A stretch of DNA of 64,000 bases. Source: Candidatus Hermodarchaeota archaeon. GTDB lineage: Archaea > Asgardarchaeota > Thorarchaeia > Thorarchaeales > Thorarchaeaceae. The notes below the pieces were generated by a model that saw only the letters and a list, made by a program, of their open reading frames with translations, was not told the DNA's origin and searched no databases. Below, piece after piece: positions 1 to 10,700 of this stretch. The position numbers and the translations under genes were made by a program. Location of the stretch: positions 64,001 to 128,000 of the forward strand of contig JBHLLF010000002.1 in NCBI GenBank assembly GCA_048885865.1, read 5' to 3'. The stretch's first letter is position 1. Each line of letters starts with the position of its first letter.

Positions 1-703
1 GTCGCGTATTCCTCGTGGAATTAAACTACATCTTGGTTCCGCTCCTACATCAATTATTGGTACAGAACATGTAACTGGAATTGAAGTTGGCGGGAACACG
101 ATAGACACTAGCATTGTCCTATTCATGACTGGTGTTCGACCGAATTCTTCCTTAGCGGAGAAGCTTGGTCTCAAGATTGGTGCACTAGGCGGTATTGCCA
201 TCAACAATCTAACTGAAACGAGCAAAGATGGAGTATTCGCAGTTGGCGACTGTGTTGAGATGACTGATTCTCTGACCGGCACTCCTCGACTAATGCCAAT
301 TGGTAGCACAGCTGCAAGGGCAGGAAGGCAAGCGGGTGTCGCAGCAGTGGGCCGAAACAAGGTGTACAATGACACATCAATATTGCTTCAATATGACCGA
401 ATCTTCGACACCGATATTGTTTGTGTCGGTCATTCCACAACAAGTGCAAAGGATGCAGGTCTTGAAACTGAAGTCCGGTATCTGGAGGACTCTAATGAAG
501 CGATGAAGGTTGCATTGGTGACTAACAAGGAAGGTCGCCTAATTGGGGGGCAGGTCATCTCGGCAAGAATGGGCGCTCGAGTAGGTTACGAGATACTCAA
601 CAGAGTGGAGGCGGGCTCTACTCTTAATGAACGACCACTGCTTCAAGCCAGACACGACCAGATTCTATCTCTTTTGGAACGAACCTTTGGACCTATGAAA
701 TAG
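1..703 (+). CDS. FAD-dependent pyridine nucleotide-disulfide oxidoreductase (NADH oxidase/CoA-disulfide reductase family), 5'-truncated
   Basis: Frame is open from base 2 (SRIPRGIKLHLG...); motifs TGVRPNSSLA and TSKDGVFAVGDC (FAD-binding motif 2), then a dimerisation-type region GRLIGGQV. Confidence 0.8.
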   Translation, partial: SRIPRGIKLHLGSAPTSIIGTEHVTGIEVGGNTIDTSIVLFMTGVRPNSSLAEKLGLKIGALGGIAINNLTETSKDGVFAVGDCVEMTDSLTGTPRLMPIGSTAARAGRQAGVAAVGRNKVYNDTSILLQYDRIFDTDIVCVGHSTTSAKDAGLETEVRYLEDSNEAMKVALVTNKEGRLIGGQVISARMGARVGYEILNRVEAGSTLNERPLLQARHDQILSLLERTFGPMK

Positions 704-3590
704 AAGGCGGAGGAGTGTACTCATCCGGCTGCGGCTCTGGCTGAAACTCAATCATTCTCCGTCGTTTTGGCTTCCTTCGGATAATTGCAACATATAGAAG
801 TGACACGCCTACCACGCCTAGCAAGCTGAAAGTCACCACATTGATGAACAAATCATCAGCTGGGTCAAGTGGAACAAGAAATAGCTTGTTGAAGGTCTTG
901 ACATTGTCATCAGCATCAGTCGCAACTATGGTGACCTCAAAGAAACCGCCGCTTGAAAGGATGAAGTCTGTCGAATACTTGTATCCCAATGACTCTGTTA
1001 TACTGCCCGTAATATCTTCACCATTGGGACCAATGATAGTGATTGTGACATCCACTAGATCGTCGTCGAACACATACGTTGTCAAATTCGCGAGCTCTCC
1101 TATGCGATCAGTATCAAGGTCGACATCATAGATGCGTGGAGTCGCAGATTGAATGGCAGCAGCTAGATTCCTGAGCAGGATCAGGTTGTCTGCCTCTCCA
1201 CGAATAGCATCATACAGGATATCATCATACAGAGTGGAGCCGTCAGAGATTACAATCACTTTTCCTTCACCTGATTCAGCAACAGCTACAATGGCTTCCG
1301 TCTTGGCAGCATCCAGCCAGAAGAGTCCCCTGGCTCCCGCCACAGACGTATCGACCTTTAGAGTACTCCCCCATAGGACGTAAAGATTTGAAACCCCGTC
1401 CATTAGAGGATCTGTTTCTACTGCTCCTCCGAAATCCTCTCCGTAGAAGGCTCCTGTGAATGTGTTAGGACCTTCCCCAATCCCTTCTCTTAGGCATTCG
1501 ATTCCATATGGCTCTAGAATTCTATTGTAGTCAGCAAACCCAAATGAGGCCTGTCCAGTGGTTTCGTTGTAGTATTCGGAGAGCATAATAAGAGTCCCAC
1601 CCTGTTCTACAAAATCATGCAAAGCCTGAATCTCACCTGAGCCATAGGCTGTTTCTGTGTCCATGATCATGAAAGCTTCAGTTGTTGCCAGATCACTGAG
1701 CATTATGCTTGGCTGGTTAAAGAAAGACTCTCCACCGAATTGGTCCAAGACTACTCCCCGCTCTCGAAGATAGTCCTGAAAGTATCTGTATGCCGATGGG
1801 TCATCAATGTCCTCATCATGATGAGCCATGTCAACAAGAAGCCGACCACCATACGTAGTGATTGAGAACTCGATTTCAAGACTCGTGTGGTTCAATCCGC
1901 CAGAGGCAAGTTTCAGCTCTCCCGAATAATATCCTATTGAGCTGAGGGGAAGATCGCTCTGTACGTCGAGTCCGATTGAGAGATAACTGTAGCCTGTCCC
2001 CACCTGAACCTGGCTCTGTCCAGTTCTCACAAACTGACTGGCATTTCCTTCAACAATTACGTCTACAGTTCCTAGGGAATGAGTCGAGATGATGGTAATA
2101 TTCTGTTCTGGTCGATCCTCTCCTACAATCTGGACAGATGATGTACCGGGCAAAGTAGGATACTTCCGAGGTGTCATTATTGTGAGTTCACCAGAACCTG
2201 CTGCTATTATCTCAGAAGAAAGCGTGACATTCGGCAATCCCCATCCCTGCTCCATTGAATCTGCTCCAAGGTCAGTTGCCCCGGCCATCAACGCAATCTT
2301 GGCTTCAGTTGGAGTAAGACCGGGATGCTTCTGTATCAGCATTGCAACAAGTCCAGCAACTTGAGGTGCTGATGCTGAGGTGCCAGACCACTGTGTATAT
2401 TGGTTTCCATATTCTGACTGTTCGTATATTGGATACTCAAACGGATCGGACCCGCTCCACCGTGCTGATACAACCGATGACCCGGGCGCTACAACGTCTG
2501 GCTTTGCATGAAGACCTAGGGGATCATTAATATTCCTCTCAACTGGCCCCCTACTGCTAAATGCTACTACCCCTGTGGAACCAGCAGATGCTCCTACCGT
2601 TATTGCTTCTTGGGTAATTCCCGGCGTGTTTATGGTGAACGAGGCAGGGCCTGAATTACCTGCCGCCACAGCAACAGAAACTCCAGCAACCACCGCGGCT
2701 TTGATAGCCAAAACAGACGGCTCAATAATGAATTGACTCTCAGTCCAAGGTCCGCCTAGACTAAGGCTGATGACATCAACTCCTTGGTCAACTGCGAACT
2801 CAATACCTTCTGCAATGACAGAGTCCGCTCCCGAACCATCACTCTCCAGTACCTTGATTATCAAGAGGTCGGCTCCTGGAGCGGTTCCAGTAAAATTGCC
2901 TCCACTCGCCGCGCCTGAACCTGCAGCGTTCGAAGCGACCACGGTCCCATGTCCGTTGTCATCATAAGCATCGATTCCGTCACTCGGATTCATATCTGAC
3001 CCAAGTCCAATGAAATCTCTGAAACCTATTAGCTGTCCCTGAAGATCGGGATGGTCTCCTTGGGCGCCGCTATCAAGTATAGCTATCGTTGTTCCATTGC
3101 CGTAATAGCCCTCTGCCCACATCTTCATAGTATCAAGGGTTTCAGTAAAATGCTCATAATCTAGGTCCTGACTTATTGTGTGATACTCAATTGGCTCATC
3201 TATCAATACCTGTTTCTTTGCATCCAGAGAGATACCTTGGACGGAATGGAGACTAGACAGAGCCTCAATCTCGATCGCAGATGCATAGAGCGACACCGCC
3301 GGAATTAGATGAAACACATGGCGCACTTCAATGCCATTAAGACCTAGACTGGCAATTGCCATACTAATACTGTCTGTTGAGGTTCCTTCAGGGAAATATG
3401 CCATAATTGGCAGCTTCTCTCCGGTTGACGCGTCGTCTATTGCCGCTGCAAGGAATGGATCAATGATTGGATTTGTTGAAGCCACCTTCTTCTTAGCATC
3501 CACTAGAATCAAAGATGTTGGCATCAACAACGTGAAGACCAAAAGAACTGCAAAGAGTCTTGTTTTGTAGCTGCGATGGTAGCTGACCAT
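693..3590 (-). CDS. Membrane-anchored S8 subtilase, site-1 protease (MBTPS1)-like architecture
   Basis: Signal peptide from MVSYH (ATG 3590); triad ILDSG / NGHGT / SGTSAS; oxyanion AAGNSG; C-terminal TM followed by basic tail RRKPKRRR. Confidence 0.9.
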   Translation of the reverse strand: MVSYHRSYKTRLFAVLLVFTLLMPTSLILVDAKKKVASTNPIIDPFLAAAIDDASTGEKLPIMAYFPEGTSTDSISMAIASLGLNGIEVRHVFHLIPAVSLYASAIEIEALSSLHSVQGISLDAKKQVLIDEPIEYHTISQDLDYEHFTETLDTMKMWAEGYYGNGTTIAILDSGAQGDHPDLQGQLIGFRDFIGLGSDMNPSDGIDAYDDNGHGTVVASNAAGSGAASGGNFTGTAPGADLLIIKVLESDGSGADSVIAEGIEFAVDQGVDVISLSLGGPWTESQFIIEPSVLAIKAAVVAGVSVAVAAGNSGPASFTINTPGITQEAITVGASAGSTGVVAFSSRGPVERNINDPLGLHAKPDVVAPGSSVVSARWSGSDPFEYPIYEQSEYGNQYTQWSGTSASAPQVAGLVAMLIQKHPGLTPTEAKIALMAGATDLGADSMEQGWGLPNVTLSSEIIAAGSGELTIMTPRKYPTLPGTSSVQIVGEDRPEQNITIISTHSLGTVDVIVEGNASQFVRTGQSQVQVGTGYSYLSIGLDVQSDLPLSSIGYYSGELKLASGGLNHTSLEIEFSITTYGGRLLVDMAHHDEDIDDPSAYRYFQDYLRERGVVLDQFGGESFFNQPSIMLSDLATTEAFMIMDTETAYGSGEIQALHDFVEQGGTLIMLSEYYNETTGQASFGFADYNRILEPYGIECLREGIGEGPNTFTGAFYGEDFGGAVETDPLMDGVSNLYVLWGSTLKVDTSVAGARGLFWLDAAKTEAIVAVAESGEGKVIVISDGSTLYDDILYDAIRGEADNLILLRNLAAAIQSATPRIYDVDLDTDRIGELANLTTYVFDDDLVDVTITIIGPNGEDITGSITESLGYKYSTDFILSSGGFFEVTIVATDADDNVKTFNKLFLVPLDPADDLFINVVTFSLLGVVGVSLLYVAIIRRKPKRRRMIEFQPEPQPDEYTPPPSIS

Positions 3591-3766
3591 ATGTGTGTCC
3601 GTCCAAGCGGAACTTTTCCGGTATTCAGATAAGGGTTTTCTTGAGTGCCAGATGGTAGGAATGCTCCCAGCTCGGCTATGCCGAGAAATGAGAGTATAAC
3701 CATTTTTGCGTAATAATAGGTGAGGATGGGTCAGGAAGACTTGTCCTGAAAGAGGTGTTGTGTGAA

Positions 3767-4057
3767 ATGAGTACAAAACCGCGGATATACGAACGCCGAC
3801 TTCAAATCAAACATTTCTTTGACGATCGGGACACCGGTGCAAAGAGAAGGACTTGGCTTGAGGTTCAGCTTCAACCCCCGGAAAAGACCGAAGAGGGTTG
3901 GGTTAATGATGGGAAAATCCGCATTTCATTGGGTGAGGATCGCGATGTTAAGGGAGCTTTTCTTTTGAATATAGATGAGGCCAGCAGGCTATTCAAGACC
4001 CTTGAAACAATCGTTGAGGACCATGAAAGGATGAAGGGCGATCTCTGGAAGCGCTAG
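3767..4057 (+). CDS. Small soluble protein, possible PC4/PUR/Whirly-like ssDNA/RNA-binding fold
   Basis: SD GAGGTG upstream of ATG 3767; four predicted beta strands then one helix (NIDEASRLFKTLE). The fold is inference. Confidence 0.7.
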   Translation: MSTKPRIYERRLQIKHFFDDRDTGAKRRTWLEVQLQPPEKTEEGWVNDGKIRISLGEDRDVKGAFLLNIDEASRLFKTLETIVEDHERMKGDLWKR

Positions 4058-4375
4058 ACGCTCGGATGGTTCTGTCCCTACATTCTCTGCAGTACAGAAC
4101 GCCATGATTTTCTATTTGTACCTAGATACCTAGAATATACCCCTCAAGAACGGGCTTCGGCCAAGAATGAAGGAGTATCTTCGGTACAGCTTTCAGAAGA
4201 TCCTGCTCAAAGACTAGATTGATTTTTGCAGAACACGAATATGACGCAACCTTGGAATAAATCATTCCCCATGTGTATTGAAGAGCACAGGCGGAGGCTT
4301 ATGTAACATATGCAATAATTCTAAGGGGAGTGGATTGAGTCGACTAAAGAGAGTAGGTCCATACTTGTTGTCATT

Positions 4376-6220
4376 GTGATTATGCTACTGTGGACAGCAT
4401 CCATTCCAATCCACGTATGGGCAGATCCAATTGATGAAGAAACGCTTGTTCCAACTAATGTTTCTGTTAGCGGGAGGATCACTGATAACTATGTAAATAT
4501 CACGTATCAGATGGTTTTCGACAATACTGAGTCTTCGCTTGCTCAAGAAGTTGACTGGTTCTTTGGTTTGCAGGACGGTATTAGGTTAAGCAACATCTCT
4601 GTCGTCCTTGGAAACAAAACGTATTGGGGTCGTGTCCTGCCTGAAGTTGAAGCAGTTGAAGTGTATAATGAGAGTGTTGCCTTAAATAGGAGTGCAGTCT
4701 TGGTCCGAAGGCACGCAGATGGATACTCAGTTCGGATGAATGTTGAGAGTAAAACAGAAGCAATTCTATCAGTCTTTATCGAAGGAATTCTCACAAGGCG
4801 TGTAGGGCTCTATAATTTCGATCTACCCCTTGGTAGGACAGGCGTCATTGATGTAGCATTCACTCTTGATATTGAGATCATATCCAATTTTGCTCCTGTT
4901 GCCGGATACTCAATTAAAGGACTTCCGAGCTTCGTGGCAACTGATTTGCCTAACGGAATCCGGCTAGAACATACCTCATCATCCTTGTCAATAGCTGAAG
5001 GTTTGAAAATCACTTATGCTCTAGATCGACAGACAGGTGGTGCTCAGCTTCTGACTCATACTAATGGATCGGATCAGTTCTTCGTATACATGCTTGCACC
5101 AGAGGTGACCGAAGTTGTTGAAACCGCACCTAGGCAGTATGTCTTTGTACTTGATAAATCAGGGTCCATGAGAGGATTGAAGATTGATCAAGCCAAGACA
5201 GCTTTCAGTTCAATGATTGGCACGTTACTCTCTCAAGACATCTTCAATATTGTCACATTTAATGATGAGATTTCAATCCTATGGGATGAACCACACTCTG
5301 CCTCCGCAAACAACATAGATGAAGCGCAGGAGTGGGTCCAATCCATTTCAGCTGGAGGATCCACCAATTTCCACGGAGCGGCAATAACAGGACTTGAAAC
5401 GTTCAATCTTGGCAATAATGTCAAGGCTATGTTGATCCTTTCAGATGGATTACCAACTGCTGGCGCGATTCAAGACACTCCGGGCATTCTATCGGCAATA
5501 ACTGAAGCTAATACGTTGGGTGTATCAATCTCAACCGTAGCATTTGGCTCAGATTCGGATGAAAACCTCATGGCCAACATTGCCGCAAACAATGATGGCT
5601 ATTTCGTATTCATCCACCCATCAGAAGATGCAAGCACAGAACTACTAGACTTCTATCGCCTGTTTTCAACTCCAATTGCAGACGATTATAGTATTGTCTT
5701 TGATGGAGCTATTGAGGTAACCTCCTTGTCTCCGCTTCATGAATCACCTTTCTTCAATGGGACTGAGGTCATCATCACAGGACGATATATCGAGGGGATA
5801 ACTGTCACAACATCCATTGATTATGTTACTGGAACGGAAACCTATGTAGACACAGTCGGAGTTTCTATGAATGATAAACCCCATGTCGAGTATATATGGG
5901 CTCAACAAAGAGTTTCATACCTATTGCATCAAATCTTATTACATGGTGAGAATGAAACACTCAGAAATGAAATTGTACAATTAGGTATGCATTATGGACT
6001 AGCAATAGCAGGATACACTGCTATAGTTTTAGTAGCATATGATGCATCATCAGCGGGAGAAGGCTTGATTGCCAGTCTCTATCCTCCTACAACAGCTGCA
6101 TACAGAGGACAACCACCAGCCCTTGAGGTGTATTCAGTCAATATGGTGCTTCCGATTTTGTTCAGTGGAATTGGATTAGTTGTGATTGTTCTCCTTATCT
6201 CCAAATTCAGGAGAGATTAG
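4376..6220 (+). CDS. Secreted/membrane-anchored VIT + vWA domain protein (inter-alpha-trypsin inhibitor-like)
   Basis: VIT-type N-terminal region, MIDAS VFVLDKSGSM, GGSTN, LILSDGLPT; N-terminal signal and C-terminal TM with RRD. Confidence 0.9.
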   Translation: MIMLLWTASIPIHVWADPIDEETLVPTNVSVSGRITDNYVNITYQMVFDNTESSLAQEVDWFFGLQDGIRLSNISVVLGNKTYWGRVLPEVEAVEVYNESVALNRSAVLVRRHADGYSVRMNVESKTEAILSVFIEGILTRRVGLYNFDLPLGRTGVIDVAFTLDIEIISNFAPVAGYSIKGLPSFVATDLPNGIRLEHTSSSLSIAEGLKITYALDRQTGGAQLLTHTNGSDQFFVYMLAPEVTEVVETAPRQYVFVLDKSGSMRGLKIDQAKTAFSSMIGTLLSQDIFNIVTFNDEISILWDEPHSASANNIDEAQEWVQSISAGGSTNFHGAAITGLETFNLGNNVKAMLILSDGLPTAGAIQDTPGILSAITEANTLGVSISTVAFGSDSDENLMANIAANNDGYFVFIHPSEDASTELLDFYRLFSTPIADDYSIVFDGAIEVTSLSPLHESPFFNGTEVIITGRYIEGITVTTSIDYVTGTETYVDTVGVSMNDKPHVEYIWAQQRVSYLLHQILLHGENETLRNEIVQLGMHYGLAIAGYTAIVLVAYDASSAGEGLIASLYPPTTAAYRGQPPALEVYSVNMVLPILFSGIGLVVIVLLISKFRRD

Positions 6221-6446
6221 TACCTACTCATATAGAGTCAGAGCGATTCGTTCCCGTATTCACAATGACCTTCAGATTACCTCGTTTTGCATGTGATAGA
6301 CTGCTGCGATTTTGGAACTGAATCGGAAATGCTACGAGTCGCACCAACTCTCCAAAGCTAGGGGGATTTCCTGTTTGGGATAATACCCAGAATATACTTA
6401 TTCAGCGATTTTCATCATATTCTCCAGCGTAACAGGAGGATATGCT

Positions 6447-7505
6447 ATGGCCAATCCCAACTTCATCGCCGGCTTTCATGCAGCTATAGACATCACATAT
6501 CCAGAAGTAGATGTTTTAGCAGTGACACCATATGTCTTGCCGCTTCTTTTCATTGGAGCTGCAATTCTACTATATCAGAGACATTTGCCTCAAGATAGTG
6601 GCAGGCGAAACCTGTTGGTAGCGGCTGGCGGCGGGAGTTTCCTCGCTGGGATAATCATGCTTTTCTATGCATCATTCGGGGGCACTCCGTGGGTTGAAGG
6701 CCAGGACTTCGGAACATATCAGGAGTTCATGGGTGTTATGCAGATCGTGACTGATCTTATCTATGGTAACATCTTCATTGGAGCTCTATACATAGTCATA
6801 ATGGCCGCAATCTTCGGAGCTATAGCAAGCAAGGTGATTTCTCCTCCTGATCCAGACTTTGTTGCTCTACGAGATGTCCTGAAAGAAGCACAGGAAAAGA
6901 TGAAATCCATGAAGGACAATGTTCAGAAATTGGAGGGGGAGAATAAGGAGCTGAATGAGTTCCTCTCAGAAAAGGAGAATTCACTTACTGCATTGCAGGG
7001 CCAATTGGATGCTATTAGGGAGGAAGTTGCTGAGAGAGAAAAAGCGATGAAGGCAATGGAGGCAAGTCTAAGCTCTGCAGGTATGAGCCCCGACCAAGAA
7101 CAGGAGCTTTTGCAGACCATATCAGTGAAAGACCAGACTATAAGCAATCTTCAGGCTGAGATAGAGATGTTGAGGGAGTCGGGAGCCGCACCAGGTGCTG
7201 TCGACGCTGATAGCATGGCAAAACTTCAGGACTATATTCGCAGAGCAGAAACGGCCTCAGAAGTATCAGATAGCGTTATCTCGGACCTTGCTGAATTGAT
7301 CTCTCAGGTAGAGAGCAGTCCGTTAGATGTGTCTGCTCAAATCGCTCTGACCAGTCTAATCAAGACAATGGGCAGGGCTATGGGTAGAGTGTCAGCCCCG
7401 CCTAGTGGGCTTGTAAAGTCAGAGCCCAAGATCGAGCTCATAGGCGCAGTAATGATTGCTCATGAGATTGTTGATGGAATCAAGAAGCTGGCACGCGGAT
7501 CTTGA
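6447..7505 (+). CDS. Membrane protein (3 TM) with long cytoplasmic coiled coil and C-terminal helical domain
   Basis: SD GGAGG; three hydrophobic segments in aa 28-130; heptad-rich aa 138-245. Confidence 0.8.
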   Translation: MANPNFIAGFHAAIDITYPEVDVLAVTPYVLPLLFIGAAILLYQRHLPQDSGRRNLLVAAGGGSFLAGIIMLFYASFGGTPWVEGQDFGTYQEFMGVMQIVTDLIYGNIFIGALYIVIMAAIFGAIASKVISPPDPDFVALRDVLKEAQEKMKSMKDNVQKLEGENKELNEFLSEKENSLTALQGQLDAIREEVAEREKAMKAMEASLSSAGMSPDQEQELLQTISVKDQTISNLQAEIEMLRESGAAPGAVDADSMAKLQDYIRRAETASEVSDSVISDLAELISQVESSPLDVSAQIALTSLIKTMGRAMGRVSAPPSGLVKSEPKIELIGAVMIAHEIVDGIKKLARGS

Positions 7506-7785
7506 CCTTTGTATTAATGAATTGCTAAATGGATTGTCCGATTTTGAAGAGAATCAGACATCAAAACTATTCTATCCGTGTGTAGTAATGCTTAATAGGA
7601 TGACATTTGTCTGCGAGTGCCATCACGGCATTATTGAGAACGCGTTTGAGGAGTGTATTTGGCAGGGCTCGAGCCTGGCAAATGCTTGAGGTATTTTACG
7701 TACAAGGCATGCATGGGGCCTTCAGTCGTCCTAGTCTTGTATGGCGTTTTCTATGCTGATTGATATGAGAGGAGAAAAAACACAA

Positions 7786-10700
7786 ATGTTAGATTTGCAC
7801 AAGAAACGTGCAGTGGTGTTGCTTCTTATAGTCACTCTGTCTGGTTCGCTATTTCTAGCACCAGCTATAGTGATGAGATCACCTGAAGCGACATCGTTTA
7901 GCACTTCCCCCACCATTGTGGATCAGGCAATCGACATGATTGATAGTATTAATCAACGATTGAATGATCCCATTGCAAGGGAACAAAAGGTTGACTCCCT
8001 CTTCGCATCTTATATCGCAACTGAAGAAACTACTACTGAGATGGATACGTCGCATGGCGGCGTTGATTTTCTAGTAGTCCTATATCCCGGTACTGATGTA
8101 GATGCGGTTAGGGACAATGCCAAGGTTCATTGGGCTGTTGATATGGGCTTTGCAACCTATGTCTATGGTACGGTATTCTCACCGGCAAAAGCACATATCC
8201 TAACAAAGCTCGATGGCCTGATGTATATCTCAGCCGATAAGGTGAAACCTGAAATTGACATACGAACTGACGTGCCTGAGCCTGACATGTTCGAGATCGC
8301 TGATGACCTCGGTGCATCAGGTGCAGAAGGTCTTGGCTACACAGGTGATGGTGTCACTGTTGCAATCACTGATTTCTCGACAGACTTCAGCATCCCTGAT
8401 CTAGTTGACGCAGTAGATGTCGATGCATTGGGCAGACCAACATCATATGATCCCTCAGGGATTGGAACCCAGATGCTTACATACGCAAATGCTACTAATG
8501 TCGCTGATGTCGATGCATGGCTTGCAGCAGGCTATGCCCTGACTTACTACAACGCCACGACAGGTAAGTACTACCTTAACGTCACAGGTTGGGACCCACT
8601 TATGGCTCGAGCGCCATTCAGTGCATCAGCTCACTATCTCAGGACCCTCGTGCATGAGCATTTTGGTTTGTACGGTGGTGGTCTTGATACCTTCATCTAT
8701 GACTACCTCTGGAAAGACTGGGAATTGCCAGCGCCAGGTAGTTTTGATAACTACACTGTTGGTTGGGTCTTTGAACTGCGAGATGACCAATTCGCCGCCT
8801 TGTATGCGCCAGCACTTGTAATTGATGCAAGTAAGCTAATCATTGACTGGGGCGCCATGGCAGCTTATTCACAGCTGATCAATGACTACTACTGGCAAGA
8901 GACAGTCGACAATCCCTATGATCCCGACTACCGAGATGAACTGGTCGGAATGATGGACTGGAGCTTCGAGGACGACTATAGTGCAGGCTGGTACTACACA
9001 GTTGATGGAACAGGAAAAGGACCAGTTGTACACTACAATGATGGCACGAACTACTACGGCCTAGGTTCATTGGGTTGGATCTATGACAATCTTGACTTCT
9101 ACACATACTACTTCAATGAGACCTACTTTGCAGGCACAGGTATGAATGCCACCGATGAGGAGATCTTCTGTGGCTTCAGAGCTGATGGCTTAGGATTCGG
9201 TCTGATCTATTCTGAGCTCTCCCTGACCACGGGAACGAACCACGGTCAGTGGCTTGCAGGTGCGATTGCCTCACGTGGTACTTTTGGTCACAAGGTCTAC
9301 CAAGAAAGCGATCCATTGAATGACACCGAATACTTCCTGCCAGGTATTGCTCCTGGTGCTACTGTGATGTCAATCAAGAACTTCGGCTTTGGGAGTATTT
9401 TTGACGACTTTGGAGGCACATTCTGGGCCTGTGGATTCCATCTCAATACTACATCCGGAATGTGGGAGTACACTGGTGACCACGAGGCTGACATACTATC
9501 AATGTCTTGGGGTTGGGGTGTAGGTTCACAGTTCGACTTGTTCTGGACGACATTGGCGTTCGATGCTATGTCAGTACCAGGATATGCGGATCCCTCCTAC
9601 AAGGGAATATTGATGTTCTCATCAGCAGGCAACTCTGGTCCAGGCTACATGTCAAGCGGAGCACCAGCTACTGGAGGACTTGTTGTCAGTGTTGGCGGTA
9701 CTACCAAGAGTCACTACTATAACAACCTCTATTCAGAGGGTCAAATCAATGCAAACTCCCCGGCACCATTCTCTTCAATGGGTCCGAACTTCCTAGGATA
9801 TCCGAAACCTGATGTAGTGGCCCCCGGTTATCGAGGAGTCAATCCACAGCCAATACAGAACATCATGTACGAAGGTCTACCTTGGTATTGGTCCTATACC
9901 GTTGGAGGTCCAGCACAGACCTACAAGTGGTGGCAGGGAACAAGTCTATCCTCGCCGCTGGCAGCTGCAGTTGCAGCAGTCGCACTTGAGGCTATGATGG
10001 ACAATGGCTGGGGCTATGATCCCTACGTATTGAAGGAGGTTGTTCTGTCATCAGCTACGGACTTGGGCATGGATCCATTCATTCAGGGTCATGGACAGGT
10101 CAACGCCTATGAGGCATGTTTGGCTATCCATACCTTGGCCGATGATCGGTACTACTTCCAGACCAGTGACACATTGGACAACTACTATGAATCTGCCTAC
10201 ATCTGTTGGCGCTATTGGATATTTGCCTATCCAGCCAATGGCTTCACATGGCCTGCAGGTTCAGGTGGTGATAACTGGCTTGACATCCCGCCAGACATCT
10301 GGGCTAGTATGCCCTATCCACCAGGTCATCCAAGTGCTAGCGTGGGCTCGGCTCTAACAAGTAGCATCTTCTTTGGAGATGTATTTCCAGGAGCCACGGA
10401 AACGGTGACTATGAGTGCAACGGGCTACAATGGTGTCGACTATGCGCAGGCTGGCAACTATACTGTAACAGCCTGGGAGTATGTCATGAGCGAAATGCTG
10501 AGCTTTGAAGCAACAACCTACACGTACCTAGACCACAACTTCGATCCAGCAGTGGAAACTGATGGAGTATTCAACATGACTCAGGAATTCATAGATGAAG
10601 GCTACTCGCCAGCTCAGATTGATGCTGCGTTTGCTGATCCATATGCCTTCTTTGTCATAAACTTCGACGAAGCTTACATTGGGGAAATCGCAGTCGCTAG

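Noticed and set aside
3591-3776. N-terminal extension of the S8 ORF in the ORF track
   Set aside because: Runs through the divergent promoter region and into the next gene; the signal peptide begins at ATG 3590
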